Shown here one piece after another: positions 14,040-28,039 of a stretch of 64,000 nucleotides of DNA. The notes under the pieces are model-generated. The model was not told the DNA's origin and did not search any database. It saw nothing but the letters and a program-made list of their open reading frames with translations. Each line of letters starts with the position of its first letter. The first letter of the stretch is position 1. This stretch comes from the human T2T-CHM13v2.0 reference genome, Homo sapiens. The position numbers and the translations under genes are program-made. The stretch lies in the NCBI RefSeq assembly GCF_009914755.1, contig NC_060944.1. One strand, written 5' to 3'.

Positions 14040-14207
14040 AGATGGCGAGAAAAGCAAGAGAGAGTGGGACCGATCGATAGCGCAGCGGTCGGCTTGGCGC
14101 CCTTTCAGCGTGCGCAGTGAACGTGCGCTCGGAGCGGTAGATTGGGCAGGATTCGCGCCTCCATTTTTCCAGGAGAGAGCGGGATACCAAGAGAACCGGA
14201 CCAGCTG
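14040..14207 (+). other. CSTF1: CSTF1 non-coding exon 1 (start approximate); alternative donors at 14032 (CCA|gtaagt) and 14309 (CAAG|gtggc)
   Basis: Donor CAGCTG|gtactg within the CpG island, upstream of the ATG-containing exon. Confidence 0.7.
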
Positions 14208-14611
14208 GTACTGGGACACGGGGAGAGTAGCTGGTGCGGTCGGCTGGGGCATTTAGAGAAAACCACAGAAACGACTGGGGCGAGACTGGAAGAGTCGAGA
14301 GTTAGCAAGGTGGCATGCGCCTCTACTTTGTGTTTCCTAAGTTGCCCGGCTTGGCCTGCACCCCTTCCTCTTCTCGAAGGGCCTCGCTTCCATTCCCACC
14401 CAGTCCTTAGTTCGCCTCTGCATCCAGATGGTCGCGGCGCATATAGTGAGGGGGCATCTGTGTTCTAGCCTTTCCAACTGCGATGTATCCGGTCCTGGAT
14501 CGGGTTCTTGTCCTCGTGTGCTCACCTGCAAATTGGGGATAATTAGGCTTCTGTTTACCTGGCGAGTGAACGTTCTGTGGGAGTTGAGAAGTTAGGAGTG
14601 GGCCACTTAAA

Positions 14612-14642
<31 letters not shown>

Positions 14643-14690
14643 TATACATATATATACACATATGTGTGTGTGTGTGTGTGTGTATGTACA
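14612..14690. repeat. Compound microsatellite (TA)n-(CA)n-(TA)-(TG)n
   Basis: Read directly. Confidence 0.95.
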
Positions 14691-15797
14691 CCCGGGATGT
14701 GCTCAGCAGAAGTGAAGAGACCGGATAGAACAGTGGTGTAGGGGAACCAAAAATGGCTTCCCTCCATCCTTCCAGGTACCTTATTAGGACTAAGAGTTAA
14801 ATTCACATAAGACGAATTAACAGATTACTGCAGGGTAAACAGGATGTGCATGTAAAGCATTGAGCTAGCATACGGAAATTATTCGAGTCATATTAACCCA
14901 ACGTTAACAGTAGAATCTCTCATCAACTTTTCTTTGCCAGACTACCCACTTGTGATTTTCATTCTTTATTGGTACTTAAGAATCTCCCATTTTTTTCGGG
15001 TAACTGAACATTGTCCATGGGAGAAAAACGATATTTAATTACGTACAGGAGTCCCACAAAATACGAGACTAAAAGTTGAAGTCAGATGATTAAAGCCTAC
15101 ATGGCATCCTGAGCTACTGAAAGGAATGAATAGAGAATTGGGGGCGGGGGGCGGGAAGCAGCTCTAACACAATTTATGGGACGGTGAACGGAGGAAATGT
15201 ATGGTGAATCAAGTTTGTTATGCAGACAGAATAGGTGATCTTCTGGGTGGTGTCAGCCTCTAATCTCTCATGTGATCCGAGTTAATCTTCCCTGGTTTAT
15301 AAGGATTCGTGACAATTGAGGTATTTTTGGAGGGTCAGACTTTAGGCAGGTAAGGAAAGCACAGGGAAAGCCTCTTCCCGCCTGCTGTTCTCCAGGTGCC
15401 CTCAGTTCAAGGTAATCAGCCCGCCAAAGCATCTTGTTTTGGGCTGGCATTTCCTGAACTCCTTCAGTGGTTAAGCTCAGGGATCTGGAGTTGGCAATTC
15501 TGGTGTGCTTTAACCTTGGACAAGTAACTCAGCCACTTTTTACGTTGAGTAGGTGTCCTGACCTCCTTGAACCCATTTCATCATCTTTATTTGTGTCCCA
15601 GGATTTTCTACTCAAGCATAGACCTACTATGTTCATGTACTACTTCATATACTTGAATACATTGAATGATTTTATTCAGTGAACTGATGCTTACAAAGTA
15701 CTTAGCATGACGGTATCTGGCATGCAGGAAGTGCTTAATGTTATTGGTTATTATTAACACCATCAGTGTCATACAGTGTGTAAGAAATCAGGCTCTG

Positions 15798-16109
<312 letters not shown>

Positions 16110-16967
16110 TCACTTTTATTCTTTATTGCTGTCCCCAGACACCTGTAGCCTTTTAATCTTGGTCCAAACATACACATACATAAAGGCATTGATTTTTGGT
16201 AAGCAAATTATCATGTTGAACAGTTGGAGTTCTTTTTTGAATAAGCCAGAAACCATTTACAGTTTTTTGTCTCTTAAGACTGAAGGAAAACTTAGACACT
16301 TGTAAGTCAGTGCATGCACAATCCTTCCCGATTATTACTGTTTTTTTTTCATTTTTATTGTTTTGACCTTGATTGGCAATATTTTATTGGGCAGCTCACC
16401 TTTGAGCCTTTCTAACGCATTTAACTCGGTTGGAGTTTTTGTAGTACAGTTGCTTTTTTTTGCTTCATATTTTGATTTACTGTCTAATTAGATTATATAA
16501 TTACAGTAACAAGCTCAGTTGCCTTAAAACAGGTTTTGAGAATGAGCATAAAAGATTAGTAAACATACAGCTCAGCTAGTGGAACCAGCAGTCTAGATCT
16601 TGACAAAATAGCAGCTATCTTGCATATTGCAGGTACCAGTCAATGTTTAATTAACAGAAGTAATGGAAGATTCTGGGATAACAATAAAGAACAAAAATCA
16701 TAGGTAGCTAGTTTGGTGGAGAAGAAAAGTTGGTGAGAGATTGTACCGTAAACACTGGCTAACATGACTTGAACAATTTCTGTATGCCAGGCACTGTGCT
16801 CAGGGCTTTATATGCACCACCGTGTTTAACTTCCAGTAACTTAACAGCTGAAGAACCTCAGGCTTAGAGAAATGAGGTCACTGACCAAAGATAATGCAGC
16901 TAGTAGAGATGGGATTTGAGTCCTGCAAGATTAAGTCTGACCAAAGAGTCCTATGTTGCTTCTGTGA

Positions 16968-17222
<255 letters not shown>

Positions 17223-18699
17223 TGAACACAAATCCATACGTCCCATGGCAAGGTTTTAGATATTTTCATATGGCAGAATTTTTCAAGATTATTCTTGTTT
17301 TGTTTCAGTACCTAGTATGAGCCGGGTACTTCAGTAAGTAAGTAGTTCAGCATGAGTTCAGGAAGTAGCTCAGTAAGTAAGGGGTAAAGCAAAGTTCAGA
17401 TTATGAAGACCTTAAGCTGGTTCTGGCCTGAGGGTCTTTGTACACATTATCTGGAACACTCTGTCAGACATATTACTGACTTCCTTCAGATTTTACATCA
17501 AATGTCATCTGAGTTCTCTTAACTCCTCCTAAAATAATCCGACCCTTTCGTGCATTTTCCCGGTTACCCTGCCATAGCGATCCCATTTGTTTTATAACAG
17601 TTGTTTTGAAATTTCCTTTATCATTTGGGCTGTTTCCCATGGGATCCTTACCTCCACACTTCCCACCTACTGCTGCCCCCTTGTCAAAAAAGACTACAAG
17701 TTGAGTAAGGATCAGGACCTTGTATTATTCAGCAGTATATCCTGGAGCCTACCTGGCTAATAATAGAAAGCACTCAATAAAATATTGAATTACCAAACAT
17801 GTTAATACCCTTTGACTTGGCATTGCCAATTGTGAGCATTTCTCCTGGGGAAATAAAATGGACAAACTGCAATGCCAACAACATGGAATTAGCTGTAAAT
17901 TTTTAAATATCCATAAAAGTGAATACTATAACATAATTATATAGATGAATATTTATTAGCCAAGATACACTTTTGTTCTGCTTGATTAAGTGAACAAGTG
18001 AGTCACAACATGTTACACAGCATTGCTCTATTACTGTTTTGAAAAATAAAACAGCCGTGCACGGGGAAGGATCCCTAAGAATTTATACCGATACGTTAAC
18101 AGTTATTATCTCTGGGTGGTAAAATTCAAGGTCATTTTTATTTTCTTGTTCATCCATAGTGTTAATTTTTCCTCTACTAATCAACATATTATTTGATTTG
18201 TCAAGTTATTTATAAATTTTAAATGCATATTCTTGATAAACCAGTTTTTTTAAAATAACTTTATTTCAAAAACATTTCACTAGCATTCATGTTAACAATG
18301 TAGCTAACTTAACGAGCATCAGAGCTGCTAATATATCTCAACCCTAAAAATATTAAAATTTGGAATGGAAAAAAATGGATAATTTAACTACAGAACTGCT
18401 ATTTTTTGAGTTTCTGTAGTTGTAGATAAAGTAGTAAACTCTGGAGGCAAGAACCTGGGGAAATGACTTTGTCTATTGGAGCCTAACCTTCCAGCAACCC
18501 ATGTGGCCTCACAGCGTGGTGAACTTTGAATAGCATGGGCAAAATACACAGTTTTGTAAAGTGTTAGGTGTCACGCGGCTCCAAGAAATAGGAGGTTGAC
18601 ACTGGTGAGCATCTTTCCAGTTTGGATCTAGAATTTTATCTTGGCCTTTTTAAGAAAAAACACTTGTTTTGTTACGCCCTTAATTTTGATTTCTTTCAG

Positions 18700-18977
18700 G
18701 AATGGAAAACGATGACACCGCAGTTCAGTATGCAATTGGTCGTTCAGATACTGTTGCCCCTGGCACAGGGATTGACCTGGAATTTGATGCAGATGTTCAG
18801 ACTATGTCCCCAGAGGCTTCTGAGTACGAAACATGCTATGTCACATCACATAAAGGACCATGCCGTGTAGCTACCTATAGTAGAGATGGACAGTTAATAG
18901 CTACTGGGTCTGCTGATGCTTCGATAAAGATACTTGACACAGAGAGGATGTTGGCCAAAAGTGCCATGCCAATAGAG
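18700..18977 (+). CDS. CSTF1: CstF-50 coding exon 2 (278 nt), first WD40 repeat
   Basis: tttcag|GA ATG GAA AAC...ATA GAG|gtaaaa; ORF 18702..19037 ([31 protein letters not shown]). Confidence 0.97.
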
Positions 18978-19136
18978 GTAAAAATTCCAGTCACATACTT
19001 ATTGATTGCCTTCTGTTTTTCATTTTTGGAAAAATGAGAGTATGGTTGAAACCAGCTTTAGTTTGCTACAGTTGTGGATTGTGCACTTGGATTCAGACAC
19101 ATTCTGTGCCTTGAGCATCTCTTCTTGTTGGTCTAG

Positions 19137-19334
19137 GTCATGATGAATGAGACCGCACAACAAAATATGGAAAACCACCCAGTGATTCGAACTCTTTATG
19201 ACCATGTGGATGAAGTCACGTGCCTTGCTTTCCACCCAACAGAACAGATCCTGGCTTCTGGTTCAAGGGATTATACTCTTAAATTATTTGATTATTCCAA
19301 ACCATCAGCAAAAAGAGCCTTCAAATACATTCAG
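19137..19334 (+). CDS. CSTF1: CstF-50 coding exon 3 (198 nt), WD40
   Basis: ctag|GTC ATG ATG...ATT CAG|gtagga; ORF 19140..19373 ([31 protein letters not shown]). Confidence 0.97.
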
Positions 19335-19664
19335 GTAGGAATCTTTAGAAAGGAGCTTTACATTTTTTCTTAAATACAATGAGCTATTGTACAACTATTC
19401 TCTTTTTAAAAGTAGTCTCAGTGATCATCCTGTAAGATGCGTACAGACCAGGATGCATGCCCGATGGCACATGGATCAGATTTTGTTGGCACATAGATCA
19501 CATGCTATCATGTACCTGCTCCCTCTGGCTGGTCAGAGTTTATAATCTGACCCTTTGGAGGGTTTGGAATCCATATCACTCTCTAAAGGTTGTAGATCCC
19601 TGTTATAAACAAAACACGACCAGCTTCACTAATATATAACTTAGAGGAATAAAAAAAAAGTTCA

Positions 19665-20080
<416 letters not shown>

Positions 20081-20459
20081 CTTAATTTTTCACTCAATAT
20101 TTGCAGCCCTAGAGCAAATTAAAGAAGCTCTTAGGTACAAGTTGTACTTCAGTTAACCATGCATGAATGTGTCATTGTCTGATAATACTCCATCCTTAGT
20201 TTACTCAGTGTTCATTTGTAAATAATGAAGCTCACTTCTGTAGTTTTTGGAATAATATAACCAGTAAATATTTAGTTTTGGAAATCTATTCAAAAAATAC
20301 TTTCATATGTTCCAGAAAGCACTTTTTTTCTTATGATACCTGTGTAATATCTAATAATTGTTTTATAGATTCTTTTCATCAGCCAGATATTTTCCACATT
20401 TCCTCTGGATTTAATTGTTCACCAGTTGGTCACTTGTATTAATGTCTCTGTCCCAACAG

Positions 20460-20850
20460 GAAGCTGAAATGTTACGTTCCATCTCTTTTCATCCTTCTGG
20501 AGACTTTATACTTGTCGGAACTCAGCATCCTACTCTTCGCCTTTATGATATCAACACCTTTCAATGTTTTGTCTCTTGCAATCCTCAAGATCAACACACC
20601 GATGCTATATGTTCCGTTAATTACAATTCTAGTGCCAATATGTACGTAACTGGAAGCAAGGACGGCTGCATCAAATTATGGGATGGTGTTTCAAATCGAT
20701 GCATCACAACTTTTGAGAAAGCACATGACGGTGCTGAAGTTTGTTCTGCCATTTTTTCCAAAAATTCTAAATACATTCTCTCAAGTGGAAAAGACTCTGT
20801 AGCTAAACTTTGGGAAATATCAACGGGACGAACACTGGTCAGATACACGG
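20460..20850 (+). CDS. CSTF1: CstF-50 coding exon 4 (391 nt), WD40 repeats
   Basis: caacag|GAA GCT GAA ATG...TAC ACG G|gtatgt; ORF 20415..20858 ([24 protein letters not shown]). Confidence 0.97.
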
Positions 20851-21698
20851 GTATGTGAGAAGTTGATGTTACTTAACATTTCTGTAGTGTTTACACTTTC
20901 CAGAACTCTCTTTTAAGACCTCACAATAGAGCAACACAATATCTATGCATTGAGCAAGGCAGATGTTACCCTTTCTTAGATAAGAGGAAACCAAGACTTA
21001 CAGGTTAAGTCATTTAGCCAAGGCTACACGACTTGGAAATAGAACGGTGCTTTCTTTGCTCTTCTGAGCACCTCACACCGTGGACTAGGGCTGGATTCCA
21101 TGCAAGTAACATTTGAGAACCTGGTGATCCATTTGTAGACTGGCCTGCCCTCTTCCCACAGAAATGTGAAAGCAATCCAGAGAAAAGTTTCCAATAGTAG
21201 ATCTCAGTATTATTAATATATGTATTCATGAAAGAATGGCTGAGAGGGAAGATCTTATCCCATTCCTAAGAGAGCAGACCTAGCCCGCAAAGGAAACCAC
21301 GTTAATTCTGAATGCAGATATAAAGTAGGCTCAGCAGACAGAAAAAAATTGCATCCACTGAATTCTCATTTATGTATGTTGGTCTCATTGGTAACAGTAG
21401 TGCCTGTGGAGTCTTTTTATAATGAAATCTATTTAAATTTATCCTATCACTAGTAGGGCCCAAGTCTGGTTATTTGATAATGAATGTTAAAACACTGTCT
21501 TCTGTTCCTTGTAGCAGCAAAGACTGTTGTTTGGTAGAAAACCTCCAGAAAATTTCTGATTGTTTCTTCCATTGTGAGATATGTTTGTATCATACACTAA
21601 AATTGGCATGAGCATAACTCAAAAAAAATCACAAGAAAACAGTATTGGAAGGGACTGGATTGTGTTTAAGTTTGCATTGAAGAGTCAGTGACATCTGA

Positions 21699-21714
21699 CC
21701 CACTAGGGGGCAGC
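21699..21714 (+). promoter_or_regulatory. Candidate CTCF site in the last CSTF1 intron
   Basis: CCCACTAGGGGGCAGC fits the CCACYAGRKGGCRG core. Confidence 0.6.
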
Positions 21715-22251
21715 ATAACTTGCCTTAGATTTGTCTCATTGTAACCAAAGTTCCCTTCCCCAGCCATCTTTCTGGCTTCTGGTACCACTAGCAAATCTTA
21801 GGAAGAGCCATTTTTATCATAATTCTTGGTGACTTCATTGAAACACTTGTATAAAGTTGTTCTGAAAAGTATTTATTATAAAGAACTACTTTATAATAGT
21901 TGTGTTTGTTGCAAAAAGAAGATAAAAAAGTGATCAGGGTAAATGTGAAAGTACTCCCCCTATAGAAGTTATAACTGTTTTAAGGAGTGTGCTGTATCTG
22001 GACAGATACACACCAGCCTACTGACAATAGCTTATATATTTGCTCTAGGAATGTTTTGGGTGTTTTATAATAGTATGAGGTTGATTGGCTTGTTTTAGTG
22101 GGGAATAGCAGTGTGGTTTTTCAAAAATGTGATTATGCTGAATTTATGCACAGATTCCCCTTTTCCTTTTTTCTCATTTCACAGGTCAAGCGCCTGTCAT
22201 GTCAGCATGTTAAGATTTCTGTTCCCAGTTTTAATAATTAGTTAGAATTTG

Positions 22252-22563
<312 letters not shown>

Positions 22564-23510
22564 TCAGAGGGTTTTTGAAATGATGAAAAAGGAAAAACTA
22601 TCAAAACTTTAGAAATTGGGATGCAAAAAATTAAAAACAATATAAATAACATACAGGACTGGGAGAAAATGGTTATAGCATATATACAGATGTTAGACAT
22701 TGAGTTAACATCCTTAATCTATAAAGAGAACTCATATGGGAAAAAGATGAGTCCAAACTCGAGAAAAAAGGAGCCAAAGGACAGGGGGCTGCAGAAGAGA
22801 AAAATGGTCAGGAAATGTAAGAAAAGGTGGCCAGCCTTGCTGCAGACCCAAGAAATGAATATGGGGACCTGGTTTTGTTAATCAGATTTCAGGAGTCTTA
22901 AAGATTTATATTATCTACTATTGATAGAGATTTCGGGAAATCATATTTTGTTGGTCAGAGTCAGCTGGTAAAATATTTCAGCACAGTTTGGTGTCATATC
23001 AAAATTTTAAATACACGCTTTTTGACCCACTATATCTACTCTTAGAAATTCAACCTAAAGAGGTAATTGGACAGACATGCACATGCCCATAAAAGGATGT
23101 GTGTCCCAACATCATTTGGAGTGGCTGAAAGTTAGAAACAGCATAAATGTCCAATAAGAAGCACTGAGGAAATCTGTTACGCATCCATGGACAACATACA
23201 CCTTTAAAAATAAGTATGCATGCTAACATGGGCTGAGCACTCGCACTCCAGAGCCTCCTTTGCATTCTCTTATTCTTAATCCTCACAGCCTTATGGGGTA
23301 GGTTCTGTAACTACTCCATGGAACAGATGAGAAAATTAAGGCTGAGGAATGTTAAGTAATTTGCCCAGGGTCACATTAGTGTTGAACCCACATCTGACCA
23401 CACAGACTTTGTGTTTTTATCCACTAAGCTGTATTCTGTCTTTACAGATCTGCACTACATATGCTTGAATATTAATAGTATATGACAAATGCTCTGACTT
23501 AAAGAAGTTA

Positions 23511-23823
<313 letters not shown>

Positions 23824-24147
23824 TTACAAGTGAGCACATAACACTTAGATATTTCGAAAGAGTATTCACCAAAGTATTGACTGTTACCTCTGATGGGTGC
23901 AATTATTAGGCAGTTTTTATTTTCCTTTTTATACTTTATTTGGTACTTTTAAACATAAAATATGTAATTTATAGTCATAAAAAGGCTTCCTTTTGGAAAG
24001 TAGATATTCATATACTTTGTCTCAGTAATTCTGTTTCTAGGAATTTACTCCTAAGGAAATAAAGCTTTCTGTACAAAGGATGTTCATTACAACATTACTT
24101 ATAATTGATATAAACTAAATGTCAGGAAGTAAAAGAATTGTTAAACA

Positions 24148-24441
<294 letters not shown>

Positions 24442-24667
24442 GATCACACACAAAAGAATTGTTAAATAAGTAATGGGGCTTCTAAACATGAGGCACTTTG
24501 CATCTAGTAAAAAACATGGAAAAATGTACTCAGCATAAAGTTGGTTAAAACTATAATAGAAAAATATAGTGGCAACAATTTTATATGTATTTTTAAAATG
24601 TGTTTTTTTATGCCTCAAAGTACATTAGGACAGTAACAGTATTGCTTCAGGTGATCTGGTGATCTCC

Positions 24668-24806
24668 TTTTTTTTTTTCCTGATGCAGTCTTGCTCTTGC
24701 TCTGTTGCCTGTTGCCCAGACTGGTCTTGAACTCCTGGGCTCAAGCAGCCCTCCTTCCTCAGCCTCCCAAAGTACTGGGATTACAGACGTGAGCCACTGT
24801 GCCTGG
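24668..24806 (-). mobile_element. Alu monomer (FLAM-like)
   Basis: Antisense left-arm sequence. Confidence 0.8.
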
Positions 24807-24960
24807 TTTGATTTTCTTTTTTGTACTTTTTTAGAGTTTCTGAAAGTGTACAAGGTGTATCACTGCAACAGGTTTAAAATGCTTTTACATTGAATGCTAG
24901 AACGTTCTGAGGGTCTAAGATGTGGACTTAGAAAGCTATCCCTCTTGCTCTCTGTGGCAG

Positions 24961-25220
24961 GCGCGGGTTTAAGTGGACGCCAGGTGCACCGGACACAGGC
25001 TGTGTTTAACCACACCGAGGACTATGTGTTGCTGCCCGACGAGAGGACGATCAGTCTTTGCTGCTGGGACTCGAGGACAGCCGAGCGGAGAAACCTGCTG
25101 TCGTTGGGGCACAACAATATTGTACGCTGCATAGTGCACTCCCCCACCAACCCCGGGTTCATGACGTGCAGCGATGACTTCAGAGCGCGGTTTTGGTACC
25201 GGAGATCGACCACTGACTGA
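24961..25220 (+). CDS. CSTF1: CstF-50 last coding exon (260 nt to TGA); spliced CDS 169+278+198+391+260=1296 nt = 431 aa
   Basis: ggcag|GC GCG GGT TTA...RRSTTD TGA; ORF 24894..25220. Confidence 0.97.
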
Positions 25221-25521
25221 GCCACCCTCTCCGTAGGGTTCTTTCTCGAGGACTCTACCCTCCTCCCCCACGTCCTGTCTCAGCTGCAGTCGTAAGTCCG
25301 TGCACCATCCTTGACGTTTTGCTGCCACCTCTGTCCACATTCTTCTTGGATTTGTATAAAAGAATCTTTTTTTACCTTGATGTAGAATCATGGTGGAAAA
25401 AGTTGGAAACACAGATCTGTGCAGTTCTACATTCACTGATTATTACAGTGTGATTTTCATCGGTTTTGTAAGTACAGGACTTGCCGTTTCTTTTGATCTC
25501 TTGATTGAAGGAGGATAGGGC

Positions 25522-25734
25522 ATTAAAGTGCTTTTGACATGAGGAATTTTCATTTGGTTCTTCTGTCAACTTTCTTGCTTATTCTGCTGAACCCTCTGTG
25601 TATTTCCCTTCCAGGTATATTTGAACAGATAAGCAGGCATGCAGCTCTGAGACTCCTGAGTTTTATGCCATTATCAAAAGCATTTTCAAGAATCCCTCAA
25701 TTCTATCCTGAAATGATGTTATTCTGATAATAAA
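25522..25734 (+). terminator. CSTF1: CSTF1 proximal poly(A) signals ATTAAA (25522-25527) and AATAAA (25729-25734)
   Basis: Canonical hexamers in the 3'UTR followed by U-rich sequence. Confidence 0.6.
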
Positions 25735-26138
25735 GCTCAGATCTGCAACTTTATTGTTATATATTTTTCACTTCTGTAAAATTAATGGCCAGTTTTTCCT
25801 GACAATTTATAGGAACAGTATCTTTCAACATACTCCCTACATTATCCTTCAATATCTGCAATACTTGTCTTTAGTAACTGTATTTCTGGTAAGATTATGA
25901 TTTCATGAGAAACAATTGAAAATATATCCGATCTAATTAAATTAGGTCAGCCTGCTATTGCTCTCAGGTGTTGCCTGTCTTCACGAATGATTAGTATCGA
26001 TTGACCTCTTTCTTAGGTGGTTTTAAGTCTTCAGTTCTCGTCAGCATGAACTAACTTCTCATCATGGAGGCACATAGTAACTGCATTCTCAGAAGATTTA
26101 TGCAGTTAACCAATTGATACAAGTTTTCTTTTTCTTGA

Positions 26139-26455
<317 letters not shown>

Positions 26456-26681
26456 CTTCCTGAAGCTTTTTAGAACATGACAGTACTTCTCTGGATTCAG
26501 CACTAGCAGAGTCAGAGAACTCTGAACTCCCCTTGTACAAACATAAACTTTGCTTTATATTTATCCCAAAAAACAAATACCTTATGATCTGCATAGGAGT
26601 ACCTAGAAATATAATCTGGGATCATTTGATAAAAATAGTAAATAGATTGAAGTAAAAGTCATTGCTTTATATTATAGGAAG

Positions 26682-27000
26682 TTTTGTTTTGTTTTGTTTT
26701 GTTTGTTTTGTTTTTGAGACGGAGTTTCGCTCTTGTCCCCCAGGCTTTAGTGCAATGGCGCGATCTCGGCTCACCGCAGCCTCCGCCACCTGGGTTCAAA
26801 CGATTCTCCTGCCTCAGGCTCCCGAGTAACTAGGATTACAGGCGTGCGCCACCATGCCCGGCTAATTTTGTATTTTTTTTAGTAGAGACGGGGTTTCTCC
26901 ATGTTGGTCAGGCTGGTCTCGAACTCCCAACCTCAGGTAATCCGCCCGCCTCAGCCTCCCAAAGTGCTAGGATTACAGGCGTGAGCCACCACGCGCGGCC
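26682..27000 (-). mobile_element. Alu with (GTTTT)n tail
   Basis: Antisense dimer. Confidence 0.9.
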
Positions 27001-27833
27001 CCATCATACGAAGTTACTGAAGTTATTGCGTAAACATTCTGTTTTAGTCATCCTTGAGGATCGTTTTAACTCCTTGATCTGTAAAACTGTCTTAAGCATC
27101 TTAACATGTTACATCACAGGGTTTTAGCTCAGATTTCCAAAGAGCCATATTTTTTGATGCATATTTCCAGTTGAATTCCAGTGTGAATTTCCAGTTGTAC
27201 TTTGCATTCTGATTCTTTGATATTTGAACTTGGCCATCTGTGGGTGCTACTCTCGTAAGACTAAAAGGCACCTACTAAATACGAACAAGGATAACCAGTT
27301 CTACCAAAAACATTACCAACCAAACCTCCCCTGTTCTTTTTTCAGACTTTCCTTTTGCTTTCAACCTCTTAAACTGTAAAGGAGAGATTTAATGTTTCCC
27401 TATTATTCTGCTTTGACTCACATACTAAAATGACCACATGGCACTCCATTGAATCTTTTCAGTTGTTCACGAATTAAAATAATGCCCATGTTTTACAGTT
27501 TTTCGAGTAGTCTCAGCAATGGATCTGTAGTTTCAGGACCTGTTTTTAAAAGATCAAGATACTTTTATGTGTTTCAGAAGTAGCTGTTTTTTCATTTTTT
27601 GTGGGTTTGTTTTTTTTGTGTTTGTTTGGTTGGTTGGTTTTTGGTTTTTTTGCTTTTTAAAGGTCACAGTGTTGTGAGCCTGGTGTAAATGCCAGGAATA
27701 TTATATGGACTTAGTATCTGCATCTCGTTAATTGTACCACACAACACTCTGCCATTCAAATAATGAATATCTGGTCAGGATACGAACTTATACCCTCTGT
27801 GTGTTTTTTTTTTTTAAGATACGTGATTTCTGA

Positions 27834-27839
27834 AATAAA
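27834..27839 (+). terminator. CSTF1: CSTF1 candidate distal poly(A) signal AATAAA
   Basis: AATAAA followed ~25 nt later by a U-rich tract (gtttatttttttt). Confidence 0.55.
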
Positions 27840-28039
27840 CTTTATATACAATGATAAGCTAGTTTATTTTTTTTGGAACTTACTTTGAACATTTCCCACA
27901 TTTGAACATCTGTTCTCAAACAGCAGTTATGACTTTGGTACTGTTCACCCTTTCTTTAGTGCTTTGTTCCAGAAGTCAGGTTTTTATAGCTGGATCACCT
28001 TTAGCTCTTTATCTTTGCTCCTCTGCTCTCTATGAATTT

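Larger units (their letters stand above)
13400..14520. promoter_or_regulatory. CpG island / bidirectional promoter shared by AURKA (-) and CSTF1 (+)
   Basis: High CpG and GC content; two CCAAT boxes (13759-13763, 13791-13795), CHR-like TTTGAA (13707-13712, minus), CDE/CHR-like 13826-13835, NRF1-like GCGCAGGCGCA 13844-13854, GABP/ETS CCGGAAGT 13871-13878, CRE TGACGTCA 13969-13976, YY1 AAGATGGCG 14039-14047. Confidence 0.92.

Noticed and set aside
24969-25436. 155-aa antisense ORF over the last CSTF1 exon (also 20621..20848 and 7693..7965)
   Set aside because: Shadow ORFs on the opposite strand of real coding exons
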